A DNA stretch of 64,000 nucleotides. Origin: a virus (lineage: Duplodnaviria > Caudoviricetes). The translations under genes were made by a program, and so were the position numbers. The notes under the pieces were generated by a model. That model was not told the DNA's origin and searched no databases. It saw only the letters and a program-made list of their open reading frames with translations. The first letter of the stretch is position 1. Each line of letters starts with the position of its first letter. The stretch lies in IMG/VR virus record IMGVR_UViG_3300010429_001521, positions 636 through 64,635 of that record. One strand, 5' to 3'. Positions 8,902-17,931 of the stretch are shown here, in pieces.

Positions 8902-9801
8902 ATGTTATTGATATATGCTATACTGGAATTACCCACACCACCCCATGAGCTTGCTATGAGCAAAGAATTTGTAACTTTAACTAAACAAGATTTTATAACT
9001 TGGGCTAATCATCACTGGGGACATGATGATTATAGTATTAGTACTCCCGCCCGTGGCACGGAATTAGTACTCTGCCACCGTTATCCCGTTCACGGCTTGG
9101 AATGTCATATTTATACGACCGTTGAAGAATGTGAAGGCATCACTCGTGACAGTGGCGAAGATGCTATACGAGTGATTTTATGGGATCGCTTTGCAGGTAA
9201 GATGTGTTATCAAGAAACTAAAATCTTACGAGTAGAAGGAGATACGACCGTACAAGAGCGACTCACGGCACGGATGTTGAATATGGAAAAAGTAGTAGAT
9301 CTTTTACAACAACAAAATCGTTTTTGTAAATGTGCTCAGAATCGAGTCCATACGGTGAAACGCACTCGACAATCAGATGGTGCAATCTTTTATGGTTGTT
9401 CGATCTTTGGACAATGCAGTAAAGGTGGATTTAATAAAATGGAAAATGCGTTTAAAAATTATCCATTAAAAGACAATCCATTTAAAGATCAAGGTTACAG
9501 TATGTCGGCTGTCACCCCGGAAGTGGAACGAAAAATTGAAACTTTGTCCATTCAACCTCGTGCTGTCGTCCCCAAAAACTCTCACTTCAAACGATGGGAA
9601 GTAGATACTGAACAAGAATTAATACCGACTGAACAATGGCCGTTGATTCGTTATCCATTTAAAGAATTTAATCACGTTCAAACGGTCGTATACAAATCAG
9701 ATGTTTGGAATAAAGATTGTAATTTGATATTGGGAACTGCGACCAGTTCGGGGAAAACGATCTGTGCCGAACTTATAATGGCTCAGATACTTTATAATTA
9801 A
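8902..9801 (+). CDS. N-terminal piece of split SF2 (Ski2/Hel308-like) helicase with Zn finger
   Basis: FYGCSIFGQC zinc finger; FNHVQ Q-motif; LILGTATSSGKTICAELI Walker A, then stop. Confidence 0.75.
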   Translation: MLLIYAILELPTPPHELAMSKEFVTLTKQDFITWANHHWGHDDYSISTPARGTELVLCHRYPVHGLECHIYTTVEECEGITRDSGEDAIRVILWDRFAGKMCYQETKILRVEGDTTVQERLTARMLNMEKVVDLLQQQNRFCKCAQNRVHTVKRTRQSDGAIFYGCSIFGQCSKGGFNKMENAFKNYPLKDNPFKDQGYSMSAVTPEVERKIETLSIQPRAVVPKNSHFKRWEVDTEQELIPTEQWPLIRYPFKEFNHVQTVVYKSDVWNKDCNLILGTATSSGKTICAELIMAQILYN

Positions 9802-9814
9802 TGAGATCAATATT

Positions 9815-10060
9815 ATGATGACTGCACATATATATGAATTTATGACTTCACCCATCTATGAATATGGAGATTTAAAATTCTCCCTGAATCGTTATGATGA
9901 CCAAGGAAAAATTATTGAAAAAGGAATCTATCTACATTTTGATAATGCCATTATACGCATCACTGAAGAGGTCGATTTAGATTTATACGACCAATTTGTT
10001 GAATCATTAGATTACATGTCTAGTGAAATTGAAGATGCTATGAAACAAAGAAACTTATAA
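9815..10060 (+). CDS. Hypothetical acidic protein
   Basis: 81 aa, followed by terminator. Confidence 0.5.
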   Translation: MMTAHIYEFMTSPIYEYGDLKFSLNRYDDQGKIIEKGIYLHFDNAIIRITEEVDLDLYDQFVESLDYMSSEIEDAMKQRNL

Positions 10061-10070
10061 TATTCAATTA

Positions 10071-10096
10071 AAAAGCCCGGTTTGATCCGGGCTTTT
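10071..10096. terminator. Bidirectional terminator
   Basis: AAAAGCCCGG/CCGGGCTTTT between convergent operons. Confidence 0.75.
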
Positions 10097-10104
10097 ACCT
10101 ACCA

Positions 10105-10308
10105 TCAATCCACCAATATCTTAACACCAGATTTATACCGTTTCAAATTCACCGACTTCAAATCTGTGACGGGTACAAAATTTAAATAATCAGTAAAACA
10201 ATTATGGCAATGAGTGTACTTATCATCCTCTTTAGAATCAAAAGATGGATAAACAGCTTCATGAATCCAACCACACTCAATACACTGCATTAAAACTAAA
10301 TCACTCAT
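10105..10308 (-). CDS. Small Zn-finger protein (start MSDLVL)
   Basis: CIECGWIH...CHNC; paralogue of 10301..10579. Confidence 0.55.
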   Translation of the reverse strand: MSDLVLMQCIECGWIHEAVYPSFDSKEDDKYTHCHNCFTDYLNFVPVTDLKSVNLKRYKSGVKILVD

Positions 10309-10579
10309 GAGGTAATAACACCAATTGTAAACGTTGTCCACGTAGTTTGCTAGCTCTTGAATCCTTAAAATCAATAACTTCCATCTGCTTATAACTTTCT
10401 TTACATCGAAAACACGATTGATAATCTTTTAATCGTGCTGGATTGGAATCGTAATAATCTTCTTTTTGTTTTTCAGTAAGCTGAACATACGCCGAATTAA
10501 ATTCACGAATGCTCTCTTCAGCAGATCCTAGTGACACCCCCGTATGTATCCATCCACACTTTTGACATCTAACCAACAT
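10301..10579 (-). CDS. Small Zn-finger protein
   Basis: CQKCGWIH...CFRC; AGGA SD. Confidence 0.6.
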   Translation of the reverse strand: MLVRCQKCGWIHTGVSLGSAEESIREFNSAYVQLTEKQKEDYYDSNPARLKDYQSCFRCKESYKQMEVIDFKDSRASKLRGQRLQLVLLPHE

Positions 10580-10589
10580 TTAAATCCTC

Positions 10590-10796
10590 CTAAGCTACTT
10601 CTGGTGAAGTATTAGTAACCAAACATACCTTTTTTTGTTTTGGCATCAATGGACGTTCCACTTTGACCAATTTCCACCCTAAACAACCTTTTAATTGACA
10701 TGAACACGGCACCGCATCATAACCCGATGCTAAAATTTCATCCCAGGTAAATTCAGAATTTTCTTGCCGTTTGGCAATCCACGCATCTTTAGTCAT
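10590..10796 (-). CDS. Hypothetical protein
   Basis: 68 aa, CSC..GCLGW. Confidence 0.5.
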   Translation of the reverse strand: MTKDAWIAKRQENSEFTWDEILASGYDAVPCSCQLKGCLGWKLVKVERPLMPKQKKVCLVTNTSPEVA

Positions 10797-11091
10797 GATC
10801 TTTAAACTTTCTTTTATACAATTGATTCATTAAATTTTCAAATTCCACACACCATTGAGAATCTTGTCCGGTTAATTCCGAAATTGCAATGTTCTTCCTC
10901 AATACTCCAGAACCCAAGTATAAAACAATGTCCTCTAACTTTTCAATATACTTTTGATCGAATTCAATGCGTTTTGCTGCTTGAACATACCTTTTATAAC
11001 GTTGCTGCTGATCCATATCCGTATCCATCCAACACTCAACAGGCAATCTTAAAACACCTAACAACATCACATCACTCATTATAACCTCCAA
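10789..11091 (-). CDS. Hypothetical protein (likely start ATG 11079)
   Basis: GGAGG SD before MSDVMLLGVLRLP. Confidence 0.55.
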   Translation of the reverse strand: MEVIMSDVMLLGVLRLPVECWMDTDMDQQQRYKRYVQAAKRIEFDQKYIEKLEDIVLYLGSGVLRKNIAISELTGQDSQWCVEFENLMNQLYKRKFKDHD

Positions 11092-11094
11092 TAT

Positions 11095-11130
11095 AAAAAG
11101 TCGCCAATGATATAGCCAATCACTGGCGAC
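11095..11130 (-). terminator. Rho-independent terminator
   Basis: GTCGCCAGTGAT/ATCATTGGCGAC then TTTTT. Confidence 0.75.
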
Positions 11131-11547
11131 CCGTTTGTGATCTTGTCAATCACATGCATGAAAAGATCTTACCGTTATTTCAATAGCGACATTTGTGGTG
11201 TACTTACCAGCATACGCACTCCTCCCGAATAACACTACATCCTTTCAATGGTATTGGGCGAGAAGTGTTGGAGTCGAACCAACTCTTCCACAGTCAATAA
11301 CCCAAGCTCTTTGCATACATCCTTACAACAACGCAAGTAGTGAAACACTAAAAACATAACTAGCATCTTATGTATCCACCCGTCTACCCATTTCCGGCAC
11401 TCGCTTACTGAATATTCAACACTTAAACATTCAGTAAGCGAGAAAGGATTCGAACCTTTAAGTACGTAGCTTACGCCACTCGTACCGTGGTGATGCTGAA
11501 CTCTAACTTTAACAACAACTCAACACTACATTTGAACTATACCTGGA
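11131..11547 (-). ncRNA. Candidate structured RNA with tRNA-like modules
   Basis: T-arm 11459-11443, 14-bp stem 11442-11429/11413-11400, D-arm 11397-11380, second T-arm 11283-11267 followed by CTCGCCCA. Confidence 0.6.
11175..11213 (-). CDS. Possible 12-aa mini-ORF (MLVSTPQMSLLK)
   Basis: GGAGGAG SD just upstream of ATG, inside the structured region. Confidence 0.25.
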   Translation of the reverse strand: MLVSTPQMSLLK

Positions 11548-12315
11548 TCAATGGGGAATTGAACCCGTCATGATAAATTCAATAATCCCCCGACCCACGG
11601 AAACAGGTTGAATTAACACCGTGTTCGCTCTCATTCGCGCTCGTTTAATTTCCACCAACAAAACATCCAAACGCTCTAAACATTGAGCTTTTTGCAACGA
11701 AGTTGCGGCACCTGAAAAATGCTTCGTGGTGAACGTACCCACCACATCATCTTTGGAAACTTCCTTCACCTGCGCTGGATGTTCCTTCGTGGCTTCATAC
11801 AACACCACCGGAGTCACTACCTTTTCCGTTTTCACCGTCACATCGGCCATCGTCGCTTCCCATGCACCATCACTGACTGAAGAAGGTGTCCATGTTTTCG
11901 ATGCATCTAACGTCGGCATCTTTTCAAACACTTTCCGCAAATCCAACAATCGAGCTTCCAAACCCATCAATTCATCCACAGGAAGATTTGACAACAAAAC
12001 TTCACCATTGATTTCAACATCAGCAATGGCAATTTGATTCGTGACATTCTTTGTGCATTGCAAATCTTCCGCTTTCACCCAAAAAGCCAACAAATAATCT
12101 AAAGTCTGCTTCACCGTTGTCACTAATTCTTTCTTTTCACTCCCCGCTAATTCTAGCTGCTCGTTATTCGGGGCATCTTTAAGCATTTTCAAAGTCTTAA
12201 TATGGCCTTTGAAAAAATGATCTTTATCAAATTTCTGCAAAGTTTCCAACTGCAACTTATTCACCTGTGAAGTGAAATTCTTTTCCGTTGCTAACAATTC
12301 ATGTAAGATTTTCAT
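11548..12315 (-). CDS. Coiled-coil-rich phage protein of unknown function
   Basis: 255 aa; VVLYEATKEHPAQVK motif; GGAG SD. Confidence 0.75.
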   Translation of the reverse strand: MKILHELLATEKNFTSQVNKLQLETLQKFDKDHFFKGHIKTLKMLKDAPNNEQLELAGSEKKELVTTVKQTLDYLLAFWVKAEDLQCTKNVTNQIAIADVEINGEVLLSNLPVDELMGLEARLLDLRKVFEKMPTLDASKTWTPSSVSDGAWEATMADVTVKTEKVVTPVVLYEATKEHPAQVKEVSKDDVVGTFTTKHFSGAATSLQKAQCLERLDVLLVEIKRARMRANTVLIQPVSVGRGIIEFIMTGSIPH

Positions 12316-12420
12316 AATGATAACTCCAACAATGGGTTGAGCTTACATTATACCTACATTAAATTATTATAAAACTTTAGACAATACAAGATCTTTGATG
12401 TTTTGGGATGCCCAACTAGA

Positions 12421-13194
12421 TTAATCCTTAAAATTATCATGTAACTTTGCTAAAAGCTCTTCAGTCACTTCAAACGAAAGTTCTTTTCTACTTAAATTTT
12501 TTTGATCGTCAGATCTGTAATCATTTTCATTAAACCAACTTTTTCCTTGATTACAATCTTGACATAACACTTGAAGATTGCTTAAATCAAGTGCTAATTC
12601 TGGATTAAACCGAAGTGGTTTAATATGATCAACGTTTAACACCACAGAGTTATCCGCCGAAGGTGCTGCTCCACAACTCACACAACGTCTTCCATAAGTA
12701 TCCAACGCTATCAATCTTAATTCTTTCCATCTCCACGATTTATAAAACACTTCGGGAATTAAATCAAATGGCTCATCTTTACGACAACGAGATTTATATC
12801 CAACTGGATTTGGTGCAACGTTTGATTTCTTTTCCTTTGGAACATAATCAGATCTTTTAGTTGGACAAGGTAAGGTAGATATTATTTTTCGAGATTGCAC
12901 AACCAATTTTCTTGGATGTGCTCTAGTTTTAACCGCTTCAACTACAACCTCAGATTCATTAGCTATTCTAATAAATTCTTTTTCAAGCATTTTTTGACTA
13001 ACATTTCGTTTTTTACGCACACCACACAAATTATTATCAAATAACAATTTTAATAATTCTTGATAACTCAAAGAATCAGCACAAATTCCAAGCTTGTCCA
13101 AACAAGCAACAGCTTTACGTCTACCAACTCTCATTTCCTGTTTGACAGTCACACATATAACCTCAAAATAAAATTTACACCAACCAACATTCAA
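12421..13194 (-). CDS. HNH endonuclease
   Basis: CVSCG...VDHIKP...NLQVLCQDCNQGK. Confidence 0.85.
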   Translation of the reverse strand: MNVGWCKFYFEVICVTVKQEMRVGRRKAVACLDKLGICADSLSYQELLKLLFDNNLCGVRKKRNVSQKMLEKEFIRIANESEVVVEAVKTRAHPRKLVVQSRKIISTLPCPTKRSDYVPKEKKSNVAPNPVGYKSRCRKDEPFDLIPEVFYKSWRWKELRLIALDTYGRRCVSCGAAPSADNSVVLNVDHIKPLRFNPELALDLSNLQVLCQDCNQGKSWFNENDYRSDDQKNLSRKELSFEVTEELLAKLHDNFKD

Positions 13195-13225
13195 ATATAT
13201 ACCTAATGACTTGCAGCTATTTTAT

Positions 13226-13254
13226 TTGACTATAAAACTGATATATGATAAACT
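13226..13254 (+). promoter_or_regulatory. sigma70 promoter
   Basis: TTGACT-17-TAAACT with extended -10 TG. Confidence 0.7.
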
Positions 13255-13295
13255 AACCACGCTTTAGCAACCCACAATCACCGGATACTACTAAG

Positions 13296-13709
13296 ATGTC
13301 AAATATTTCCATTATCACTGATCATTGGAAACAACAGTTTTCAGAATTTGAAACTCCATATTTTTATGCACACAGTGCTGAAATTTATGCTCAATTTTTA
13401 CCCAAAGAAAAAGTACTAAAAACCACCATCGAAATCTTCGACAATAAAAAGAACGTAGTCATCAAATGTTACACTACATCTTTTGGTATGGAAATGGTGC
13501 AACCTGATTTTGAAGATCAAAATTCCCGATGGACTGAACAAGACTTTTCACCACTCACCCAACCAATCATCTTTAATAAAGATATTGGAGAAATTTATTT
13601 AAATAATTGTGGCACTGAAAATTGGTATGAGATCATTATTTATCCTATTGAAACTTACGATGATAAGATCGCTACAATTTGCGTCAAAACCTTTAATTAC
13701 AGCATTTAA
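13296..13709 (+). CDS. Hypothetical protein
   Basis: 137 aa ORF in + operon. Confidence 0.55.
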   Translation: MSNISIITDHWKQQFSEFETPYFYAHSAEIYAQFLPKEKVLKTTIEIFDNKKNVVIKCYTTSFGMEMVQPDFEDQNSRWTEQDFSPLTQPIIFNKDIGEIYLNNCGTENWYEIIIYPIETYDDKIATICVKTFNYSI

Positions 13710-13720
13710 AAGATTTAATC

Positions 13721-14029
13721 ATGATCACCATTATTAAAGATATGAGTAAAAATTTAAGAGAATATCTAACTACATGCAAATATTGTGGCAGTGTTTTTAA
13801 ACATGATGAAACAGACTTGATAAAAGATTTACCAAAAAACTCAAACATCGAAGTTATTGATTGTCCAATCTGTAAAAAAAGAATTGATGCTCAACGCATC
13901 ACATCTTTAAAAGATGTACCAAAACCTCCACCTCCACCTCCACGACCATTAAAACCAAAAAATGCTATTTATGAACTCATCAGCGATTACATCATCATCG
14001 CTAAAAAGAATTTTAAATTCAAACTATAA
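13721..14029 (+). CDS. Zn-ribbon protein with polyproline tract
   Basis: CKYCG...CPICK; PKPPPPPPRP. Confidence 0.55.
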   Translation: MITIIKDMSKNLREYLTTCKYCGSVFKHDETDLIKDLPKNSNIEVIDCPICKKRIDAQRITSLKDVPKPPPPPPRPLKPKNAIYELISDYIIIAKKNFKFKL

Positions 14030-14040
14030 AAGATAAAACT

Positions 14041-14367
14041 ATGACTACTATTCGTGACTGGCTCACTGAAATGCACTTTGATTTTTCATCAGGTGTTATA
14101 ATCTTCCAATCTGTTAAAGATAACCAAGCACCTGGATGGTATGACCCCATCAGCAGTGAAGTCATTAACGAAAACCATCCTGTTCTTAATCAAGAATTTA
14201 ACAGTGGTTTCGGCAGTCCTTCATGTCCCCGCTTCATTGCAAAAGATAATGAAGCTGTTTACTTTCCATACCAATATGACGGTTCAACCAATATTCAAAA
14301 AATATGGTTAGATATTAATAATTATTTGGATTTTACCCATTATTACACTCCATATCCCGGTGGTTAA
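14041..14367 (+). CDS. Hypothetical phage protein
   Basis: 108 aa; YQYDGS, YPGG end. Confidence 0.6.
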   Translation: MTTIRDWLTEMHFDFSSGVIIFQSVKDNQAPGWYDPISSEVINENHPVLNQEFNSGFGSPSCPRFIAKDNEAVYFPYQYDGSTNIQKIWLDINNYLDFTHYYTPYPGG

Positions 14368-14385
14368 ACTGGACTAACAAAGACT

Positions 14386-14592
14386 ATGAAAATTAAATTA
14401 ACTGATACTGAAAAACAACGTTTTTGTCAATGGGTGATAGAGAACATTGATGAAAGGATTGTTCCCAATGATGAGGGTTTAAGTATTGGAATAGTATTTA
14501 ACTTAGTCCATGCAATCCGTGGAGATAACGAACTTTATGATTATCATGAAGAACAAGACAACGAAATCACATTCTGGTATCTTAACCAATAA
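14386..14592 (+). CDS. Hypothetical protein
   Basis: 68 aa. Confidence 0.45.
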   Translation: MKIKLTDTEKQRFCQWVIENIDERIVPNDEGLSIGIVFNLVHAIRGDNELYDYHEEQDNEITFWYLNQ

Positions 14593-14619
14593 ATTTACCA
14601 AACACATAAAGGAATAAAT

Positions 14620-16410
14620 ATGGCAAAGATTTTGTACTCCGCACCTTTGAAAGCGCTCTCCAATGAAAAATATGAAGATTGGACTAAACTTTTTCCTGAC
14701 AAAAAGATTTTACAACTGACTGGGGATACACTCACCAGTCAAAAAATTCGCATGGAGATGATGAAAGCAGCGGAAACCGCAGATATTTTAATTATGACTG
14801 CGGAACTCTTGGATAGCGTGACCCGGAATCATTACAGTGAACACTATCAATGGGTCAAACACGTCCAATTACTGGTGGTCGATGAAGCCCACGGTGTAAC
14901 AATGGTGGGAAGAGGACACGTTATTGAAGCATCCATCATGCGTTTTTGTGAGATTGCTCCACAAGCCAAAGTGTGGTTTATGTCCGCCACCATGCCCAAC
15001 TGTGAAGAATTTGCACAATGGCTGACTACACTCAATCACAAACCTTCGGAAATTATTAACTCCACATGGAGACCTACTGAACTTCGCTGGAACTTTATTC
15101 CCCATAACGCCTTCGGTTCATATTGGGAAAACCAAGATGATAAAATTCGTAAAGCGGTCGAAATTGTTGAAGAGCATCAAAATGAATCCACATTGGTCTT
15201 CGTACACGATAAAAACACGGGACGAAGAATTGATGCTGTACTGAAAGATTTAGGTATTGCTTGTGAATTTTATAACGCTGATCTTGAAACTGAAGTTCGT
15301 CACGACTTATTAAAAAGATTTGAAAGCGATGACAGTAACAGAATTGCTGCACTTATCACAACTTCGAGCCTCTCATGGGGCGTAAATACCTCCGCACAAA
15401 ATGCCGTAATTGTTGGAGTCCATCGTGGAATTGAACCCGTTGATGAGTTGGACATCTTACAAGCGGCTGGCCGTGCTGGAAGATTTGGTAAAGCACCTTA
15501 TGGTAATGTGTATTTAATTTGTGACAATATCAGTGAATGGAAGAACAAAGTCTCCAATCCCCGGAATGTGACCTCCACCTTATTGGACACATATGCACTG
15601 GCTTTTCATTTGTGTGCGGAAATTAAAAATAAAGTCATTAAAGATTATGATACGATGTATACATGGTATCACCGTACCTTAGCCAGTATCCAGAGTCCAC
15701 TGGAAAAACAGCACGTCGATGAGGTGTTGACCGCACTCCAAAACTGGAAAGCAGTCGTCATTAATCCCGATGACACCTTTAGTATCACCGCTTTGGGAAC
15801 CGTCGCCGCCACTTTATACTTCCATCCCGAAGATGTTCATCATTGGTGGCAGTGCTTTTCCCATATTGAACGGCAAGGTTTGTGGAAAAATGATCTGTGT
15901 ATTGCATACGCACTATCCGCACCTTCCATGCAACTCCCTTACATTCCCCGAAGTGAAGAGCCGACTGTTCAAACTTATTTTAATGCTCTTCGTCAAGTGT
16001 GGAGAAATGGCCCACATTTAAAACAATCCACCCTCAGTCGAGATGTGCATGATTTATTGTGTGGAGATAAAGCGACTCCACAATCCAGACCTTTACAAAG
16101 CGATGCGGAAAGAATTGTTGGAGCGATCTCATGGATTATGGGGATTGCTAAAATGGGACTGCCCGATATGTTAAAAATACTCCCTACTCGACTCAAATAC
16201 GGAGTAAGTGCAGAGTTGTGTGCTTTAGTCCAACTTCCCGGCATTGGGGGTGTCAGAGCTAAAAAACTTGCAGCTATGGGAATCACGACTTGGGCAGATG
16301 TTATTCGTAATCCTGATAAAATTCAACGAGTCATCGGTGAAAAAAATGTCAAAAAAGTGGTGGACAGTGCAAGAAATTTATTAAGAGTTCATGCTACTGA
16401 ATCGGAGTAA
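14620..16410 (+). CDS. C-terminal piece of split SF2 (Ski2/Hel308-like) helicase
   Basis: Starts at motif Ia YSAPLKALSNE; DEAH, MSAT, TTSSLSWGVN, QAAGRAGR, C-terminal HhH (LPGIGGVRA); no Walker A; AAGGA SD. Confidence 0.85.
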   Translation: MAKILYSAPLKALSNEKYEDWTKLFPDKKILQLTGDTLTSQKIRMEMMKAAETADILIMTAELLDSVTRNHYSEHYQWVKHVQLLVVDEAHGVTMVGRGHVIEASIMRFCEIAPQAKVWFMSATMPNCEEFAQWLTTLNHKPSEIINSTWRPTELRWNFIPHNAFGSYWENQDDKIRKAVEIVEEHQNESTLVFVHDKNTGRRIDAVLKDLGIACEFYNADLETEVRHDLLKRFESDDSNRIAALITTSSLSWGVNTSAQNAVIVGVHRGIEPVDELDILQAAGRAGRFGKAPYGNVYLICDNISEWKNKVSNPRNVTSTLLDTYALAFHLCAEIKNKVIKDYDTMYTWYHRTLASIQSPLEKQHVDEVLTALQNWKAVVINPDDTFSITALGTVAATLYFHPEDVHHWWQCFSHIERQGLWKNDLCIAYALSAPSMQLPYIPRSEEPTVQTYFNALRQVWRNGPHLKQSTLSRDVHDLLCGDKATPQSRPLQSDAERIVGAISWIMGIAKMGLPDMLKILPTRLKYGVSAELCALVQLPGIGGVRAKKLAAMGITTWADVIRNPDKIQRVIGEKNVKKVVDSARNLLRVHATESE

Positions 16411-16416
16411 TGTTTC

Positions 16417-16671
16417 ATGTCAAACAAAATCAAAGAAAAATTGATACCTATCGAAGAGATTGAACTTAAGTTCTTTCGTTATCGTGACAAGGATAGCTTA
16501 CCCACTTGTGCTTTATCTTTTCCTGAAAATCAAGTGTGCACCTTTCTTGGATTCAAATGTTTCGGTACAAAACCCCATTGTATGTATTCAATGAAACCCA
16601 TCTACCGCGAAGAGTCTGGATTTTTAATTCCACTGACTGAATGTCCTTTATGGAATAATACCCAATCTTAA
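16417..16671 (+). CDS. Cys-rich hypothetical protein
   Basis: 84 aa with several Cys. Confidence 0.5.
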   Translation: MSNKIKEKLIPIEEIELKFFRYRDKDSLPTCALSFPENQVCTFLGFKCFGTKPHCMYSMKPIYREESGFLIPLTECPLWNNTQS

Positions 16672-16680
16672 AAGGAGTTT

Positions 16681-17259
16681 ATGGTGGAATTCACCCCCGA
16701 AATGGATGCCCGGATTGTGGAATTGTATACTGAACCTTTAATAAGGGGTTCCATTGCAGCCCAAGCCAGAGTTTGGAAATGCAAAGGTAATCAAATTAAT
16801 TACCGTGCGAACCAACTGCAACTGATCCCCACTTCACGTAAAAAGAACAGTCAACGATGGACCACCAAAGAAATTGAATTACTACGCAGCATGGCGCATT
16901 TAACTCATAAAAAGATCAGTTCCCTATTTTCGGATATGGGTTATCAACGCACCCCCGACGCTATTGAAACCTTCCGAATTCGTGACGGTTGGAGAGCGCG
17001 AATTGAACACAACGAAATAGCTGTGGGGTATACTGCAAAAGGTCTTGCGGAGATTATGGGGGTTGATCCAAAGACCATTCAACGCTGGATTCGATTAAAA
17101 TATCTTAAAGCCCAATCTGAAGGTGGAGATATTCGTATTGGGTTTTATCGCATCAAACCCAAAGCCATTCAAAGATTCTTAACAAACTATATCCATTATG
17201 TCGATCTAACAAAGATCGACAAATATTGGCTTATCGACATCTTGACATCGAGGTATTAA
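16681..17259 (+). CDS. HTH DNA-binding protein
   Basis: YTAKGLAEIMGVDPKTIQRWIRLKYLKA (MerR/Xis-like HTH); WTTKEIELL Myb-like motif. Confidence 0.65.
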   Translation: MVEFTPEMDARIVELYTEPLIRGSIAAQARVWKCKGNQINYRANQLQLIPTSRKKNSQRWTTKEIELLRSMAHLTHKKISSLFSDMGYQRTPDAIETFRIRDGWRARIEHNEIAVGYTAKGLAEIMGVDPKTIQRWIRLKYLKAQSEGGDIRIGFYRIKPKAIQRFLTNYIHYVDLTKIDKYWLIDILTSRY

Positions 17260-17263
17260 ACTT

Positions 17264-17575
17264 ATGTTTAAATACATCATTATTTACCTGGGTATTATCA
17301 TCATCACACATGGAGTTTATAACTCCGACAATAAGACTTTAATAAAAGTTTACTTTTGGACATCCGTTGTGGGTATCAGCTTTTTGTATTTTATGGACAG
17401 TATTCATGCACTCTTCCTTTTTTGTTCAACAATGATACTTTTCAATCTTCATCAAGAAACTTTGGAAGATATACAACGACGTGAACAAGAAGAAACCGCT
17501 AGAAGATTGGAATACGAAATTCGTGAAAGTAAAAAAGCACTGGAAAATTGGAGATCGACTCCTGATCATTTTTAA
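17264..17575 (+). CDS. Membrane protein
   Basis: Hydrophobic N-half, coiled-coil C-half. Confidence 0.5.
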   Translation: MFKYIIIYLGIIIITHGVYNSDNKTLIKVYFWTSVVGISFLYFMDSIHALFLFCSTMILFNLHQETLEDIQRREQEETARRLEYEIRESKKALENWRSTPDHF

Positions 17576-17595
17576 CTATTGAGACTTTAAAACTT

Positions 17596-17633
17596 TTATC
17601 GTATAGTATAAATATATTTATACTATACGATAA
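17596..17633. repeat. Perfect 38-bp AT-rich palindrome without spacer
   Basis: TTATCGTATAGTATAAATA|TATTTATACTATACGATAA. Confidence 0.9.
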
Positions 17634-17650
17634 TTTTTGGAGAGTTTACT

Positions 17651-17776
17651 ATGAAATTTTACATTCACTGGATTTGGATTCTTTGGAACGTGGCTTATGA
17701 AGAAGCTTATTGGACACATTGTGATTTATCAGATCGATTTTGGATGTATGTGTGGGAACAATTCAAACAAGATTAA
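17651..17776 (+). CDS. 41-aa Trp-rich peptide
   Basis: GGAG SD, MKFYIHWIWILW...; followed by terminator. Confidence 0.45.
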   Translation: MKFYIHWIWILWNVAYEEAYWTHCDLSDRFWMYVWEQFKQD

Positions 17777-17802
17777 AAACCCGAATCTTTCAATTCGGGT
17801 TT
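17777..17802. terminator. Hairpin terminator
   Basis: AAACCCGAAT/ATTCGGGTTT. Confidence 0.65.
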
Positions 17803-17931
17803 ACGGAGAATTAAGCATGAAGTGAAATACTATTCCACAACAAACTCCATCATACTCGAAAATCGTGTTGGTGTCAAATAACATCTTAAAAAACGTTGAA
17901 ATGGAACGGTTCAACTCGACATCCACGGAAA

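Noticed and set aside
11131-11547. Two-piece tmRNA or intron-containing tRNA
   Set aside because: No Ala identity (GGGG start, G3:U70), no tag-like reading frame, insert too short and unstructured for a group I intron; kept as an unclassified RNA
9799-14622. Group I intron or split intein joining the helicase halves (AAT|TAATGAG ... ATG|GCA resembles intron ends)
   Set aside because: The insert holds terminators, an opposite-strand operon and no visible P7/catalytic core. No intein N- or C-terminal residues. The C-half has its own SD. Only RT-PCR can fully exclude splicing
9778-14640. MAQILYN versus MAKILYS as a target-site duplication
   Set aside because: Ski2-family spacing needs both segments and the DNA match is weak, so the resemblance looks coincidental
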